Shown here in pieces: positions 18,277 through 28,021 of a stretch of 64,000 nucleotides of DNA (positions within the stretch are counted from its first letter, which is position 1; the number at the start of each line of letters is the position of its first letter). The translations under genes were made by a program, and so were the position numbers. Origin of the DNA: an uncultured Alphaproteobacteria bacterium (GTDB lineage Bacteria > Pseudomonadota > Alphaproteobacteria > RF32 > CAG-239); assembly GCA_944390275.1 (NCBI GenBank), contig CALXPL010000003.1, forward strand, positions 18,373 to 82,372, given 5' to 3'. The notes under the pieces were generated by a model, which was not told where the DNA came from, did not search any database, and saw nothing but the letters and a program-made list of their open reading frames with translations.

Positions 18277-19050
18277 ATGAAAAAGTCTTTCTTTTTTTCC
18301 GCATTTTCTTGTCTGTTGTTGGCAAGTTTTTCTTCTTATGCTCAATTTAATAATTTACGTGAAGGAGTGCAGTCTTTTCAGCAAGAAAGAGACGCTTGGC
18401 GACGACAAGATACTACCGAAATAAAAGTTTTGCAAAATATGCGTGATTCTTTAGGTAATGCTGCCGTACTTAATGTTACCGATGCGGAACAAGTCTTTTG
18501 TTATCAAGTTGAAAATCGTTCCGCAGATTATTCGGGATATACCCTTAATGGCTTTGCTGTTACCGGTTTTTGCGGTATTATTAATGATAACTTGAAAAAT
18601 GTTTTGGTTACACAATTCTTAACAAATGCAGATAATTTTGATTTTACAACCTCTGAACAATGTGTTATTCGACCGAAACTTATGATTCGTTTTGTTCGTG
18701 GTGTTGATATGACAGATGTCTTGATTTCTGCTCCTTGCTATTCTGTTGCCTTTTATTATGCCGGTAAAGTTAAGGCTTATAATTTTAAACCCGGTGGTGA
18801 GTTGTTGGATACGATGGTTACTTCTTTTGATGCTCAAAAACGAGATTTCATTTCTCCGACTCTTTTGAATCAAATGTTGCCAATCGGTGTTCCTCAAACA
18901 GTTGAACAGCAACAGCTCGTGCGTAAAAATTCTCAACCTATTCGTAATTGGGAAATGGCAAAAACTCCTGAAAAAAATTCTGCTTCCTCTCAATCAACAA
19001 AAAAAGAAACTACTCATGGGTGGAATAAGTTAAAGGTTAACATTAAATAG
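18277..19050 (+). CDS. Hypothetical secreted protein.
   Basis: Signal peptide MKKSFFFSAFSCLLLASFSSYAQ. No domain recognised. Confidence 0.45.
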   Translation: MKKSFFFSAFSCLLLASFSSYAQFNNLREGVQSFQQERDAWRRQDTTEIKVLQNMRDSLGNAAVLNVTDAEQVFCYQVENRSADYSGYTLNGFAVTGFCGIINDNLKNVLVTQFLTNADNFDFTTSEQCVIRPKLMIRFVRGVDMTDVLISAPCYSVAFYYAGKVKAYNFKPGGELLDTMVTSFDAQKRDFISPTLLNQMLPIGVPQTVEQQQLVRKNSQPIRNWEMAKTPEKNSASSQSTKKETTHGWNKLKVNIK

Positions 19051-19067
19051 TTTCTTTTCTCTCCTGT

Positions 19068-20120
19068 TTATGGCAGATAAACTGTTTGGTTGAAAACATT
19101 TTCTAAAAAGAAAAGCGAAATAAAACATATTCCCGCAGCGATAATCGGCGTGGTTATCCATCCGATGATTATTCTTCCTATTATGCCCCAACTTATGTTG
19201 CGTCCTCCTTTGGCTATACCGACTCCCATGATGGCTCCGATTACGGCTTGTGAACTTGAAACGGGTACTAACGGAAGTGAAGGGAGGTTGTGGCTTATTA
19301 AAAAAGTTTGTAGTGAGCTTGAGGCAAACAAAAATAAAACGACAGATTGTGAAAAAACAACTATCCAAGCAATTGCCGGAGTCATGTACATCAGGTTATT
19401 ACCTATGGTGTGAATTGTTTTTTGTGAGTATGTAAATACTCCGACGCATATTGAAATACTTCCGATTAAAAATAGTATTTGTGTGCTGCTGAGTGTCAAA
19501 CCATGAAAGTTAATATCATGAAACGGACTCGAAGCAACAAAAACTCCCATAACATTAGCGATGTTGTTTGCTCCGAGAGCATAAGCTCCGAAAGCTGCTA
19601 TTATTATTAAGCCACTGCGGACATAGCAATCTTCTCTTAAAAGATGAATGTGGCTATGTCTTAATAATTTACGTACGATAAAATAGCTGAAAAAGGCTAT
19701 AACAGCACTTAGTATTGGGCAGATTACCCATGAGCTGGCAATTATATTTAAGGTTTCAATGTCTGTTGGACGGTTACTGTATATATTCCAACCAACTATG
19801 GCTCCAACTATGGCTTGTGATGTCGAAACACTTATTCCCGAACGTACCATCCAGTAAACGCTTATTGCTGCTGATAAAGCAACCATAAATGCTCCTGCTA
19901 GGGCATTGACGCTTCCTAAACTTTCTAGGGTCTTGCTTGCTCCGGCACCAGAATAAACGGCTCCTATGATAATAAAAATAGAGGCTATAGTTGCTGCGGT
20001 TTTGAATTTTAGCATTTTACTGCCAACGGCTGTGCCAAATATGTTTGCGGCATCATTTGCTCCTAATGACCAGCCCAAAAATAAACCACTGCTTAAAAAT
20101 ATAAAAAATAATATTTCCAT
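19068..20120 (-). CDS. Inorganic phosphate transporter of the PiT family.
   Basis: PHO4 signature GANDAANIFGTAVGS near the N-terminus and a second GANNIANVMGVFV repeat. About 10 TM helices. Confidence 0.85.
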   Translation of the reverse strand: MEILFFIFLSSGLFLGWSLGANDAANIFGTAVGSKMLKFKTAATIASIFIIIGAVYSGAGASKTLESLGSVNALAGAFMVALSAAISVYWMVRSGISVSTSQAIVGAIVGWNIYSNRPTDIETLNIIASSWVICPILSAVIAFFSYFIVRKLLRHSHIHLLREDCYVRSGLIIIAAFGAYALGANNIANVMGVFVASSPFHDINFHGLTLSSTQILFLIGSISICVGVFTYSQKTIHTIGNNLMYMTPAIAWIVVFSQSVVLFLFASSSLQTFLISHNLPSLPLVPVSSSQAVIGAIMGVGIAKGGRNISWGIIGRIIIGWITTPIIAAGICFISLFFLENVFNQTVYLP

Positions 20121-20780
20121 TTATATGTCTCTTTTTATGGTGAAAATGAGAAGTTCATCAACGCAATCTTCCGCTAAGTCGGCTACATCGGCTATTTCTT
20201 CTATTAAATTACTTAATTGGAGTTTATTGGCCAAGGGTATATCTGAGTCAAAAATTGCTTCTTTCAAATGTCCAAAACTGATATCGCTTTCGTGTTCCAA
20301 AAAATAGACTTTTTGGGAATAATCTCTGACTAAACTGAAATCTCTGAAAAAAGAACGTGAGGCTATACTCATGTTTTCAGCGCATTCCGTAACTTGATTG
20401 ACTAGCTCTATGATGCGGTTGTGGTATATTTCCGGTATTTCCGGGCGCTCAATATAAAATTTATAAGAAACTTCATCAAAACGATTTATGACTTTATCAA
20501 TGTTTTCTACAAGTTCCAATACATCAGCTCGCAAGTCCGGAATGAGGTTGTTTGAGTATAAATTACTCTCGATGCTCCTTCTTAACATGTCGGCATCGTG
20601 TTCTATTTGTTTTATTTGTTTATTTATTTTTTTGAATTCATCACTGCGATGTTCGGCTAAAAATATTCGAATCGCTTTGTTGAAAGTCATCGCCGCATCA
20701 ATTACTTTGTCATGAAACGAATCTATTTTGTTTTCTAATTTTTTTGTGTTGGCGAATAGTGAGATTTTGATATTAAACAT
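20121..20780 (-). CDS. DUF47/PhoU-like protein, the partner of the PiT transporter.
   Basis: 219-aa helical protein (TIGR00153-like) immediately upstream of the PiT gene and sharing a stop/start junction with it. This is the canonical DUF47-PiT pair. Confidence 0.7.
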   Translation of the reverse strand: MFNIKISLFANTKKLENKIDSFHDKVIDAAMTFNKAIRIFLAEHRSDEFKKINKQIKQIEHDADMLRRSIESNLYSNNLIPDLRADVLELVENIDKVINRFDEVSYKFYIERPEIPEIYHNRIIELVNQVTECAENMSIASRSFFRDFSLVRDYSQKVYFLEHESDISFGHLKEAIFDSDIPLANKLQLSNLIEEIADVADLAEDCVDELLIFTIKRDI

Positions 20781-20953
20781 TATGTCTGCTTCCTTGGTTA
20801 TTTTCTTTGATTATAATGTTTTTTTTATTTGTTTGTTAAGTCTTTTATTCTCTTTTTTATAAATATCTTTTTTTTTACTCTTGTCAATCTGTTCTAAATT
20901 AGTTAAATTATCTTCGTTTATATAATTTGCTTTTTTGTAAAAAGGATAAAATA

Positions 20954-21709
20954 ATGAATAAAAATTCTGGTATTATATCTGTTTTTGCATTGATTGTTTC
21001 TATTCTCGCTTTTGCTATGTGTTTTTGGAAATGCAATGCTAAAAATCAGACTGAAACTCAAACAGCTAATTCTTCTGAGTTGGTTGCTGCTGCTTTGTTA
21101 GAAAAACCTGAAATGGTTATTGATGCTCTTAATGCTTATGAAATTCAACAAAGAGCAAAAGCTGAAGAAGCAGCTCGTGAGCAGATTAAACCTTATTTGG
21201 AGCAGGTTTATGATGATCAAGTCATTCCGGCTATCTTCAATCCTGAAGGAAAAATGGTTCTTGTTGAGTTCTTTGATTTCTCTTGCGGATATTGTCATCG
21301 TCTCTATCCGGAAATGCAAAAAGTGGCTCAAGCTAATCCCGATGTTAAAATTATTGCCAAACCGGTTGCTTTCTTAGGACCTAATTCTCTTTATGCCGCT
21401 CAAGCTGTTTTGGCTGCCGGTGAACAAGGAAAATATGTCGAAATGTATAATGCTTTGTTTGCCATTAATGAGCAGTTAACTCAAGAAAATGTTGATAAAG
21501 CTGCTGAAAGCATTGGTTTAAATATGGATAAATATAAAGCTGATGTTGCTTCTGATGTCGTTTCTCAAAAACTTAACGACAGCCAATCTTTGGCTCAGAA
21601 AATCGGCGTCGATGGTGTTCCTACTTTAGTATTTAATGGTACAAAGTTTAACGCCGGTTCTGCTGATTTTATTCAGACAAAAATTGATGAGGCTAAGTCG
21701 GCTCAATAA
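20954..21709 (+). CDS. DsbA-family thiol:disulfide oxidoreductase, secreted.
   Basis: Start moved to ATG 20954 (RBS AAGGAT); the ORF track used an upstream TTG. It has a signal peptide and the thioredoxin-fold active site FSCGYCH. Confidence 0.75.
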   Translation: MNKNSGIISVFALIVSILAFAMCFWKCNAKNQTETQTANSSELVAAALLEKPEMVIDALNAYEIQQRAKAEEAAREQIKPYLEQVYDDQVIPAIFNPEGKMVLVEFFDFSCGYCHRLYPEMQKVAQANPDVKIIAKPVAFLGPNSLYAAQAVLAAGEQGKYVEMYNALFAINEQLTQENVDKAAESIGLNMDKYKADVASDVVSQKLNDSQSLAQKIGVDGVPTLVFNGTKFNAGSADFIQTKIDEAKSAQ

Positions 21710-21775
21710 TTTTTGCATCCTTTCATGAAAAAGGCAACTCTTTATGAGTTGCTTTTTTTGTTTGGAAGTTTGAAT

Positions 21776-22675
21776 TTAGTAATTGCGGTAAATGATAAAA
21801 TCTGCCAGATTTTGTAGTGTCGTTGATTTTATACCAAAGACTTGTTCAAGACATTCTTTGGCTTCCGCTATATAATCTTGTTCCATTTGCTTGGCTTTAT
21901 CCAGACCGTACAAGCTGACAAATGTTGCTTTTCCTTGTGCCGAGTCTTTATTTAATTTTTTGCCGACAAGTTGAGGATTTCCTTCAACATCTAATATGTC
22001 ATCTGCAATTTGGAAGGCTATGCCTATTTTTCTTGCATAGTTTATTAGACTGTTTTTTTCTTCTTCTTGAGCATTGCCTAATATTGCTCCGGCTTCACAG
22101 GCATATCGAATTAATCGTCCTGTTTTCATTTCTTCAATATGTTTTACTAAATTATCGCTTGTTTTCTCGGTTGTCTTTTCGGCATATAAGTCAAGCATTT
22201 GTCCGGCTACCATCCCTGAAAAAGCTCCCGCTGCGTTACTCAAGCATTCTATTAAGTTAATTCGAACTTGTGCGGAAGGATGGGTCTTTTCTTGACTTAA
22301 AATTTCAAAAGCGTAGGTGAGTAATCCATCTCCTGCCAATATGGCGGTTGCTTCGTCATAGGCTTTATGGCAAGTCGGTTTCCCTCTCCGCATATCATCA
22401 TTATCCATTGCGGGTAAATCATCGTGAATGAGCGAATAAGAATGTAAGCATTCTAATGCTACTGCTGTTCTCAATGATTCTTCGAAGTCTAAACCGAATA
22501 GTTTTGCACTTTCATATACCAGAAAAGGGCGAAGTCTTTTGCCTCCGTTAGTGACGGAATATTTCATGGCTTCGACAACGCGATGTTCCGGTTGTGCCGT
22601 TAACGGAAAAAATTCAGCTAAGCGGGCATTAAATTCTAATGAATATGCGGAAAGTTCTTCTTTTATATCAGACAT
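21776..22675 (-). CDS. ispA: Farnesyl-diphosphate synthase (geranyltranstransferase).
   Basis: FARM motif LIHDDLPAMDNDDMRRG and SARM motif FQIADDILD. It is downstream of xseB, as in many proteobacteria. Confidence 0.9.
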   Translation of the reverse strand: MSDIKEELSAYSLEFNARLAEFFPLTAQPEHRVVEAMKYSVTNGGKRLRPFLVYESAKLFGLDFEESLRTAVALECLHSYSLIHDDLPAMDNDDMRRGKPTCHKAYDEATAILAGDGLLTYAFEILSQEKTHPSAQVRINLIECLSNAAGAFSGMVAGQMLDLYAEKTTEKTSDNLVKHIEEMKTGRLIRYACEAGAILGNAQEEEKNSLINYARKIGIAFQIADDILDVEGNPQLVGKKLNKDSAQGKATFVSLYGLDKAKQMEQDYIAEAKECLEQVFGIKSTTLQNLADFIIYRNY

Positions 22676-22679
22676 TGTT

Positions 22680-22922
22680 TTATTCTTCTACTGTATCTAA
22701 CGGTGTGGTTTCGAGTTCCCCATTCGGGGTGATTTGTATTTTTTCAATTTTCAACTGTGCTGCTTTTAATTTGTTTTCACAGAATTGTTTTAATGCAACG
22801 GCTTTTTCATAAGAGGTTACTGCTTCATCCAATTTTATGCGTCCGCCTTCCAATTCTCTTACTATATTTTCCAGTTGTTGAAGTGCTTCTTCAAAACTGA
22901 TGTCTTGGATTGTTTCCGACAT
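22680..22922 (-). CDS. xseB: Exodeoxyribonuclease VII small subunit.
   Basis: 80-aa helical protein (FEEALQQLENIVRELEGG...). The xseB-ispA arrangement is classic. Confidence 0.85.
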   Translation of the reverse strand: MSETIQDISFEEALQQLENIVRELEGGRIKLDEAVTSYEKAVALKQFCENKLKAAQLKIEKIQITPNGELETTPLDTVEE

Positions 22923-23098
22923 TATTTTCTCCTTATTTTTTGTTTTTTTGATGCTAATACATTATTTTTTATTCTTCAATCTTTTTATATATAACTTTTG
23001 TTTATTAATCTAAAGTTTAGATGTCTTTTTGTTGTGCTACAACTATCTTAATTTTTCTGAATATGTTACATTAGTAATGTATTGAAACGGAGGAAAAA

Positions 23099-23389
23099 AT
23101 GAAAAACGCCATTATTAAAAACGGAGCAAAATTACTTAAAGCTCTTGCTAATGAAAAACGTTTGGAAATTTTATTCTTGCTTATGAATCAAGAATTTAAA
23201 GTTGGTGAAATTGAGAAATTGGTTGCTTTAAGTCAGTCGGCTTTATCTCAGCATTTGGCAATTCTGCGTGAGGCTAAAATTGTAAAATGCCGCCGTGTGG
23301 CTCAAGCTGTCTATTATTCTTTTTGCAGCGAAGAGGCAAAAAAAATTGTTGAATTACTTTATAATCTTTATGCAAAGCATTATAAATAA
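23099..23389 (+). CDS. ArsR/SmtB-family transcriptional regulator.
   Basis: Winged HTH LKALANEKRLEILFLL...VGEIEKLVALSQSALSQHLAILREAKIV. Confidence 0.8.
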   Translation: MKNAIIKNGAKLLKALANEKRLEILFLLMNQEFKVGEIEKLVALSQSALSQHLAILREAKIVKCRRVAQAVYYSFCSEEAKKIVELLYNLYAKHYK

Positions 23390-23424
23390 TTTTTTATAAG
23401 AGGCTTTGGCCTCTTTTTTGGTTT

Positions 23425-24582
23425 TTAATCGCTATCCTTTTCTATGAAATTTATTTTTTTTGTTAACGGCTCGTATTTAATACTTAGTTTTCCTGAGCAT
23501 AATTTTAAGGCCTTTTGTCCGAAAATTTCGTATCGCCAGCCTTGCAAAAGTCGATTGTTTTTTCCATTCGACAGCTCTTGTAATTCTTCTTCCGAGGCAA
23601 TTAATTTACCGACGACTCCTTCGCTTTGACTTATGATATTTAAGAGAAGTTTTAATAACTCATATAAGGCTTTGTTTTCGTTGTTTGTATTTTTTTCTCT
23701 TATAATCTTTATGTAATCTTCATTGCTGTATTGTTCCGCTCTGTTGACAATATCAACAATTTCCGATGCTAACTTTCCATTTACAATATCTTGTCTTATG
23801 TTTCTGACTTTCCCAAGCTCTTCTATACTGTGGGGACGGGCTGCTGCTATATTTAACAAACTTTCATCTTTGATGATGGTTTGGCGTGGTAGGTTCTTCT
23901 CTTGTGCTCTTATTTCTCTCCATGCTGCTAAATCTCTCAGCAATGTGAGGTATTTACTGTTGTGAGAGTGATGCTTTATTTTTTTCCATGCATCTTGTGG
24001 ATTGATGGTATATGTGTCCGGATTGAGCAAAGCGGCCATTTCTTCATCTATCCAGTGTTCCCTTTGATTATTTTTAAGTTCTTGTTTTTCCCATTCGTAT
24101 ATTTCGACCAGGTATGTTACATCTCCCAATGCATATTCTACTTGTTGTTTATCTAATGGTCGTATGCACCAATTCGTCAAACGGCAACTCTTATCAATGT
24201 CTTTTTTCAGAATGTGTTTTACCAAATTTTCATAACTGATACTGCTCCCTAAACCGCATACTTGGGCGGCGACTTGAGTATCAAATACCGGTGTCGGTAT
24301 AAAACCGCTTAATAAATATAGTATTTCTATGTCTTGGCGGCAGGAATGAAATACTTTGGTTATATTAGAATTTGACAGTATTGCATAAAAACTGGATAAA
24401 TCTATTTCCGGTGCTAACGGGTCAATGACTGCTTCTCCTCCTTTATAAGCTACTTGTATTAATCCCAGCTGCGCATAGTAGCTTTTTTCACGGTGGAATT
24501 CTAAATCAACCGTAATGAATTCTTGTTTGTTTAACTTTTGGCAAAAGGCTTTCAAATCTTTTGTATTTTCTATAATTTCCAT
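23425..24582 (-). CDS. rnd: Ribonuclease D.
   Basis: A DEDDy 3'-5' exonuclease domain (VDLEF...YAALDV-type motifs) plus a C-terminal HRDC-like region. 385 aa. Confidence 0.85.
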   Translation of the reverse strand: MEIIENTKDLKAFCQKLNKQEFITVDLEFHREKSYYAQLGLIQVAYKGGEAVIDPLAPEIDLSSFYAILSNSNITKVFHSCRQDIEILYLLSGFIPTPVFDTQVAAQVCGLGSSISYENLVKHILKKDIDKSCRLTNWCIRPLDKQQVEYALGDVTYLVEIYEWEKQELKNNQREHWIDEEMAALLNPDTYTINPQDAWKKIKHHSHNSKYLTLLRDLAAWREIRAQEKNLPRQTIIKDESLLNIAAARPHSIEELGKVRNIRQDIVNGKLASEIVDIVNRAEQYSNEDYIKIIREKNTNNENKALYELLKLLLNIISQSEGVVGKLIASEEELQELSNGKNNRLLQGWRYEIFGQKALKLCSGKLSIKYEPLTKKINFIEKDSD

Positions 24583-24664
24583 CTTTTTCTCTTTCCTTTA
24601 TGAATTTCTTAAAGCATATTTGTTTCTGCTTGGCAATATTTTTTTGCTTTTTTTATAAAAATGC

Positions 24665-25294
24665 TTGATTTTGTCTATTCTTTTTGTTATTGTGTTCGCT
24701 GTTTTCTTATTATTTTATTTATTAATTTATAAACTTATCATTATGTATCCGATTTTTTGTAAAAAAAGGAAAAATCAAAATTTTAAGGAATTTTGTGATA
24801 GTGTTGCTCAGGATTTAATTGATGCCGGTATTCACTGGGATGATTTGTGCCCAGCCAAGGCTGTTTTTGAAAAAGGGACTTTGGAACAAAAAGGTTTTGA
24901 TGTCCTTGTTGAAGATGGTGTTGTCCTTCTTTTTAATGATTTCGAAATTGCTTACAAGGCTGCTTGTTGGCTTAAACCACATCTTGTTCCGGGATTGTAT
25001 TCCGTGAAATTGAATGATGCTTATCCTTTTGCTTGGTTTTGTTCTTATTTTGCGTATCAGCAATATAATGGTGTTGATACTATAGATAAAGCTACGCAAG
25101 TTTGGAAGGTTTTGGCTGAAAGGGCTAAAAAAGTCTTTGGTGCATTTGTTCCGGTTTGCTTTTATTCAATGCCGATTGGAGTTCGTATCTTTGGTGGGAC
25201 ACTTTGTTCTGAAGATATAAAGGTTTGGAAAAACTCTATCATAAATATCGTTAAAGATGCTGATAATATTGCTTATCCAAAATTTATTGAATAA
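24665..25294 (+). CDS. Hypothetical protein (ORFan).
   Basis: 209-aa ORF. The true start is probably the internal MYPIFCKK.... Cys-rich, no domain recognised. Confidence 0.35.
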   Translation: MILSILFVIVFAVFLLFYLLIYKLIIMYPIFCKKRKNQNFKEFCDSVAQDLIDAGIHWDDLCPAKAVFEKGTLEQKGFDVLVEDGVVLLFNDFEIAYKAACWLKPHLVPGLYSVKLNDAYPFAWFCSYFAYQQYNGVDTIDKATQVWKVLAERAKKVFGAFVPVCFYSMPIGVRIFGGTLCSEDIKVWKNSIINIVKDADNIAYPKFIE

Positions 25295-25326
25295 GTGTTT
25301 GTTTAATTAATTTTATTTCTATAATT

Positions 25327-25818
25327 ATGAATGAAAAAGTAAATGCTCTGATTTTAATTGAGCAAGCTAATTTAGCAAGTTGGAATTGTGGTTTTTCTGC
25401 TTCTGCAGAAATTACTCCTAAGGGTAGAGTATTTAATAAGAAAATTTATTGTTGGAAAGGATCTTGTTCTGATTTGGCAAAAGAAATTCGCCATATTCAG
25501 CAATACAACTACAAACGCTTGTTCTTGGTGGCAGATGAAAAAGCTGTTGCGGATATGAAACCGGCTTTTGTTGTGGAATGTAGTTTTCCGACAATGGCCA
25601 AAGGAACAGGAAGAAATCTTCTTATTCATAATCTATCAAAGTTTGCCGATAAGACATGGGTGTGGATGGAAAATTCTACGGATTGTGGTATGCTTATTGC
25701 CTACAAATTTCAGCCTGAAGAAGCTGCTGAAGTTAAGGAAAAACTCCGGAAGAATTTAGCTGAAGCTAATCTTAAAGCAGAGGTGCGTGAAGCCTTTGTT
25801 TTCTTTAGTGGTAAGTAA
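25327..25818 (+). CDS. Hypothetical protein (ORFan).
   Basis: 163 aa, soluble, no domain recognised. Followed by a terminator. Confidence 0.4.
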   Translation: MNEKVNALILIEQANLASWNCGFSASAEITPKGRVFNKKIYCWKGSCSDLAKEIRHIQQYNYKRLFLVADEKAVADMKPAFVVECSFPTMAKGTGRNLLIHNLSKFADKTWVWMENSTDCGMLIAYKFQPEEAAEVKEKLRKNLAEANLKAEVREAFVFFSGK

Positions 25819-25826
25819 AACTGATG

Positions 25827-25862
25827 AAAAGAGTCTGAATTTTTTTCAGACTCTTTTTTTGT
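25827..25862 (+). terminator. Rho-independent terminator.
   Basis: gagtctga atttttt tcagactc hairpin followed by TTTTTTT. Confidence 0.65.
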
Positions 25863-25951
25863 TGAGAAAACTAAATGCTAAAAGTTTCTTGCTTTTCGGG
25901 TAAAAATGAAGTACAAATATTCCAGTTTTTTAATTATAAATGAGGATAAAG

Positions 25952-27718
25952 ATGAATCGCTATCGTACGCATACTTGCGGTCAACTTCGTGCTTCTGATG
26001 TTAATCAAGAAGTAAAATTGGCCGGTTGGATACATCGTAAACGTAATTTGGGTAATTTGTGTTTCTTGGATTTACGAGATCATTATGGCATTACTCAATG
26101 TGTGGTTGATAGCGGTTCGGATTTGTTAGAAAAATTTGAAAATTTACGCCCCGAATCGGTAATTGGTATTTCCGGTGTGGTTGTTAAACGTGAAAGTGTT
26201 AATTCTCATATCCCTACCGGTGAAATTGAAGTTAAAGTGAATAAGTTGGAAATTTATTCCGAAGCTCCTGAAACTTTACCCGTGCAAGTGTCTGGTGATG
26301 GTTCTGAACCTGAAGAAATTCGTTTGAAGTACCGCTTCCTTGATTTGCGTCGTGAAAAAATTCATAATAATATGATTTTACGCTCAAAAGTCATTGCTTA
26401 TATGCGTAAAAAAATGGTCGAGCAGGGCTTTACGGAATATCAAACTCCTATCCTCACGGCTTCTTCTCCTGAAGGCGCTCGCGACTTTTTGGTGCCTTCT
26501 CGTATTAATCCCGGAAAATTTTATGCTTTGCCTCAAGCTCCTCAACAATTTAAACAGTTGCTTATGGTCGCTGGTTTTGACCGCTATTTCCAAATTGCTC
26601 CTTGTTTTCGTGATGAGGATCCTCGTGCCGACCGTTCTCCCGGTGAGTTCTATCAATTGGATATGGAAATGTCTTTTGTGGAACAAGAAGATGTGTTTCA
26701 AGCTATTGAATATGTTATGGGAGGGGTCTTTAATGAGTTTGGTAATGGTCGAAAAGTTGATCAAGCTCCGTTTATTCATATTCCTTTTAAAGAAGCAATG
26801 TTAAGATATGGCTCTGATAAACCCGATTTGCGGAATCCTCTTGAAATTACCGATGCTACACCTTTCTTTAACAATTCCGGTTTCGGTTTGTTTGATACAA
26901 AAGCCGCTAATGGCGAAAAAATCAGAGCTATCCTTTTGAAAGGATTAGCTGATAAGCCGCGTTCTTTCTTTGATAAATATGATGCTTTTGCAACAGATGA
27001 AAAAATGGGCGGTATGGCTTATATTGCTTTGTCTTCTTCCGGTCCTAAAGGAATATCTCGTTTCTTGAGTGAAGAAAAGTTAAATGAAGCTAAAAATTTC
27101 TTTGGTTTAGGTGAGGGCGATGTTGTTTTGTTAATGTCTGGACCGGAACTTAAAGTTAGTAAATTTGCCGGAAAAGTTCGTTTGAAATTAGGTGAAGAAC
27201 TTGATTTGGTGGAAAAAGATGCTTTCCGCTTGTGTTGGATTGTCGATTTTCCCTTCTATGAAGAAAATGAAGAAACAGGTGCCGTTGAATTTTCTCACAA
27301 TCCTTTTTCTATGCCTCAAGGTGGTTTAGAGGCTTTGCAGACAAAAAATCCTTTGGATATTTATGCTTTCCAATATGATTTGGTTTGTAACGGCGTTGAA
27401 CTTGCTTCCGGTGGGGTTCGTAATCATGAACCTGAAATTATGTACAAGGCTTTTGAAATTGCCGGCTATAATAAAGAATTCGTCGATAGTAAATTCGGCG
27501 GTATGATTAATGCTTTTAAGTATGGTGCTCCTCCTCACGCCGGTTGTGCTCCCGGAATTGACCGTACGGTTATGTTGTTGCTTGATGAACCGATTATTCG
27601 TGATGTTATCTTGTTCCCGTTAAACGGTAAAGCTCAAGATTTGATGATGCAGGCTCCGAATACCGTAACTCAGCAACAATTGGATGAACTTCATATTAAA
27701 GTTGTTGACGATAAGTAA
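25952..27718 (+). CDS. aspS: Aspartate--tRNA ligase.
   Basis: The N-terminal OB fold ([40 protein letters not shown]) and the class II core motifs ([14 protein letters not shown] / [14 protein letters not shown]) are present. Start chosen at ATG 25952 with RBS GAGGA. Confidence 0.95.
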   Translation: MNRYRTHTCGQLRASDVNQEVKLAGWIHRKRNLGNLCFLDLRDHYGITQCVVDSGSDLLEKFENLRPESVIGISGVVVKRESVNSHIPTGEIEVKVNKLEIYSEAPETLPVQVSGDGSEPEEIRLKYRFLDLRREKIHNNMILRSKVIAYMRKKMVEQGFTEYQTPILTASSPEGARDFLVPSRINPGKFYALPQAPQQFKQLLMVAGFDRYFQIAPCFRDEDPRADRSPGEFYQLDMEMSFVEQEDVFQAIEYVMGGVFNEFGNGRKVDQAPFIHIPFKEAMLRYGSDKPDLRNPLEITDATPFFNNSGFGLFDTKAANGEKIRAILLKGLADKPRSFFDKYDAFATDEKMGGMAYIALSSSGPKGISRFLSEEKLNEAKNFFGLGEGDVVLLMSGPELKVSKFAGKVRLKLGEELDLVEKDAFRLCWIVDFPFYEENEETGAVEFSHNPFSMPQGGLEALQTKNPLDIYAFQYDLVCNGVELASGGVRNHEPEIMYKAFEIAGYNKEFVDSKFGGMINAFKYGAPPHAGCAPGIDRTVMLLLDEPIIRDVILFPLNGKAQDLMMQAPNTVTQQQLDELHIKVVDDK

Positions 27719-27803
27719 TTCTAATCTTTTTTGTCAAGGGTTAAAAGGAACAAATATCATTGCTGTTTGTTCCTTTTTTGTGTTGTGCCGATGATAAATT
27801 TGC

Positions 27804-27832
27804 TTGACAGGATTATGTTTTTTGTGTATCTT
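27804..27832 (+). promoter_or_regulatory. Sigma70-type promoter for tRNA-Gln.
   Basis: TTGACA at 27804-27809, a 17-nt spacer and TATCTT at 27827-27832, 13 nt upstream of the mature tRNA 5' end. Confidence 0.5.
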
Positions 27833-27845
27833 ATTTCCGTTCTCT

Positions 27846-27919
27846 TGCTTCATCGTCTAATGGTAGGACAGCGGACTCTGACTCCGTTAATCGTGGTTCG
27901 AATCCATGTGAAGCAGCCA
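27846..27919 (+). tRNA. tRNA-Gln (anticodon CTG).
   Basis: Acceptor stem TGCTTCA/TGAAGCA. Anticodon stem GCGGA/TCCGT with loop CTCTGAC. T-loop GGTTCGAATCC. CCA encoded. Confidence 0.75.
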
Positions 27920-28021
27920 TTGTTTGCCATTAAGTTTACTTAATGGCTTTTTTTTGTTTTATGTATTTTGTTGATTTTTGACTTCTTTTTTGTTATCCTA
28001 TGCTTATAAAGCGAGGTTCAA

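Noticed and set aside
20927-20953. TTG start proposed by the ORF track for the DsbA-like gene
   Set aside because: An in-frame ATG at 20954 has a well-spaced AAGGAT RBS and gives a canonical signal peptide. The upstream extension adds LFCKKDKI with no RBS.
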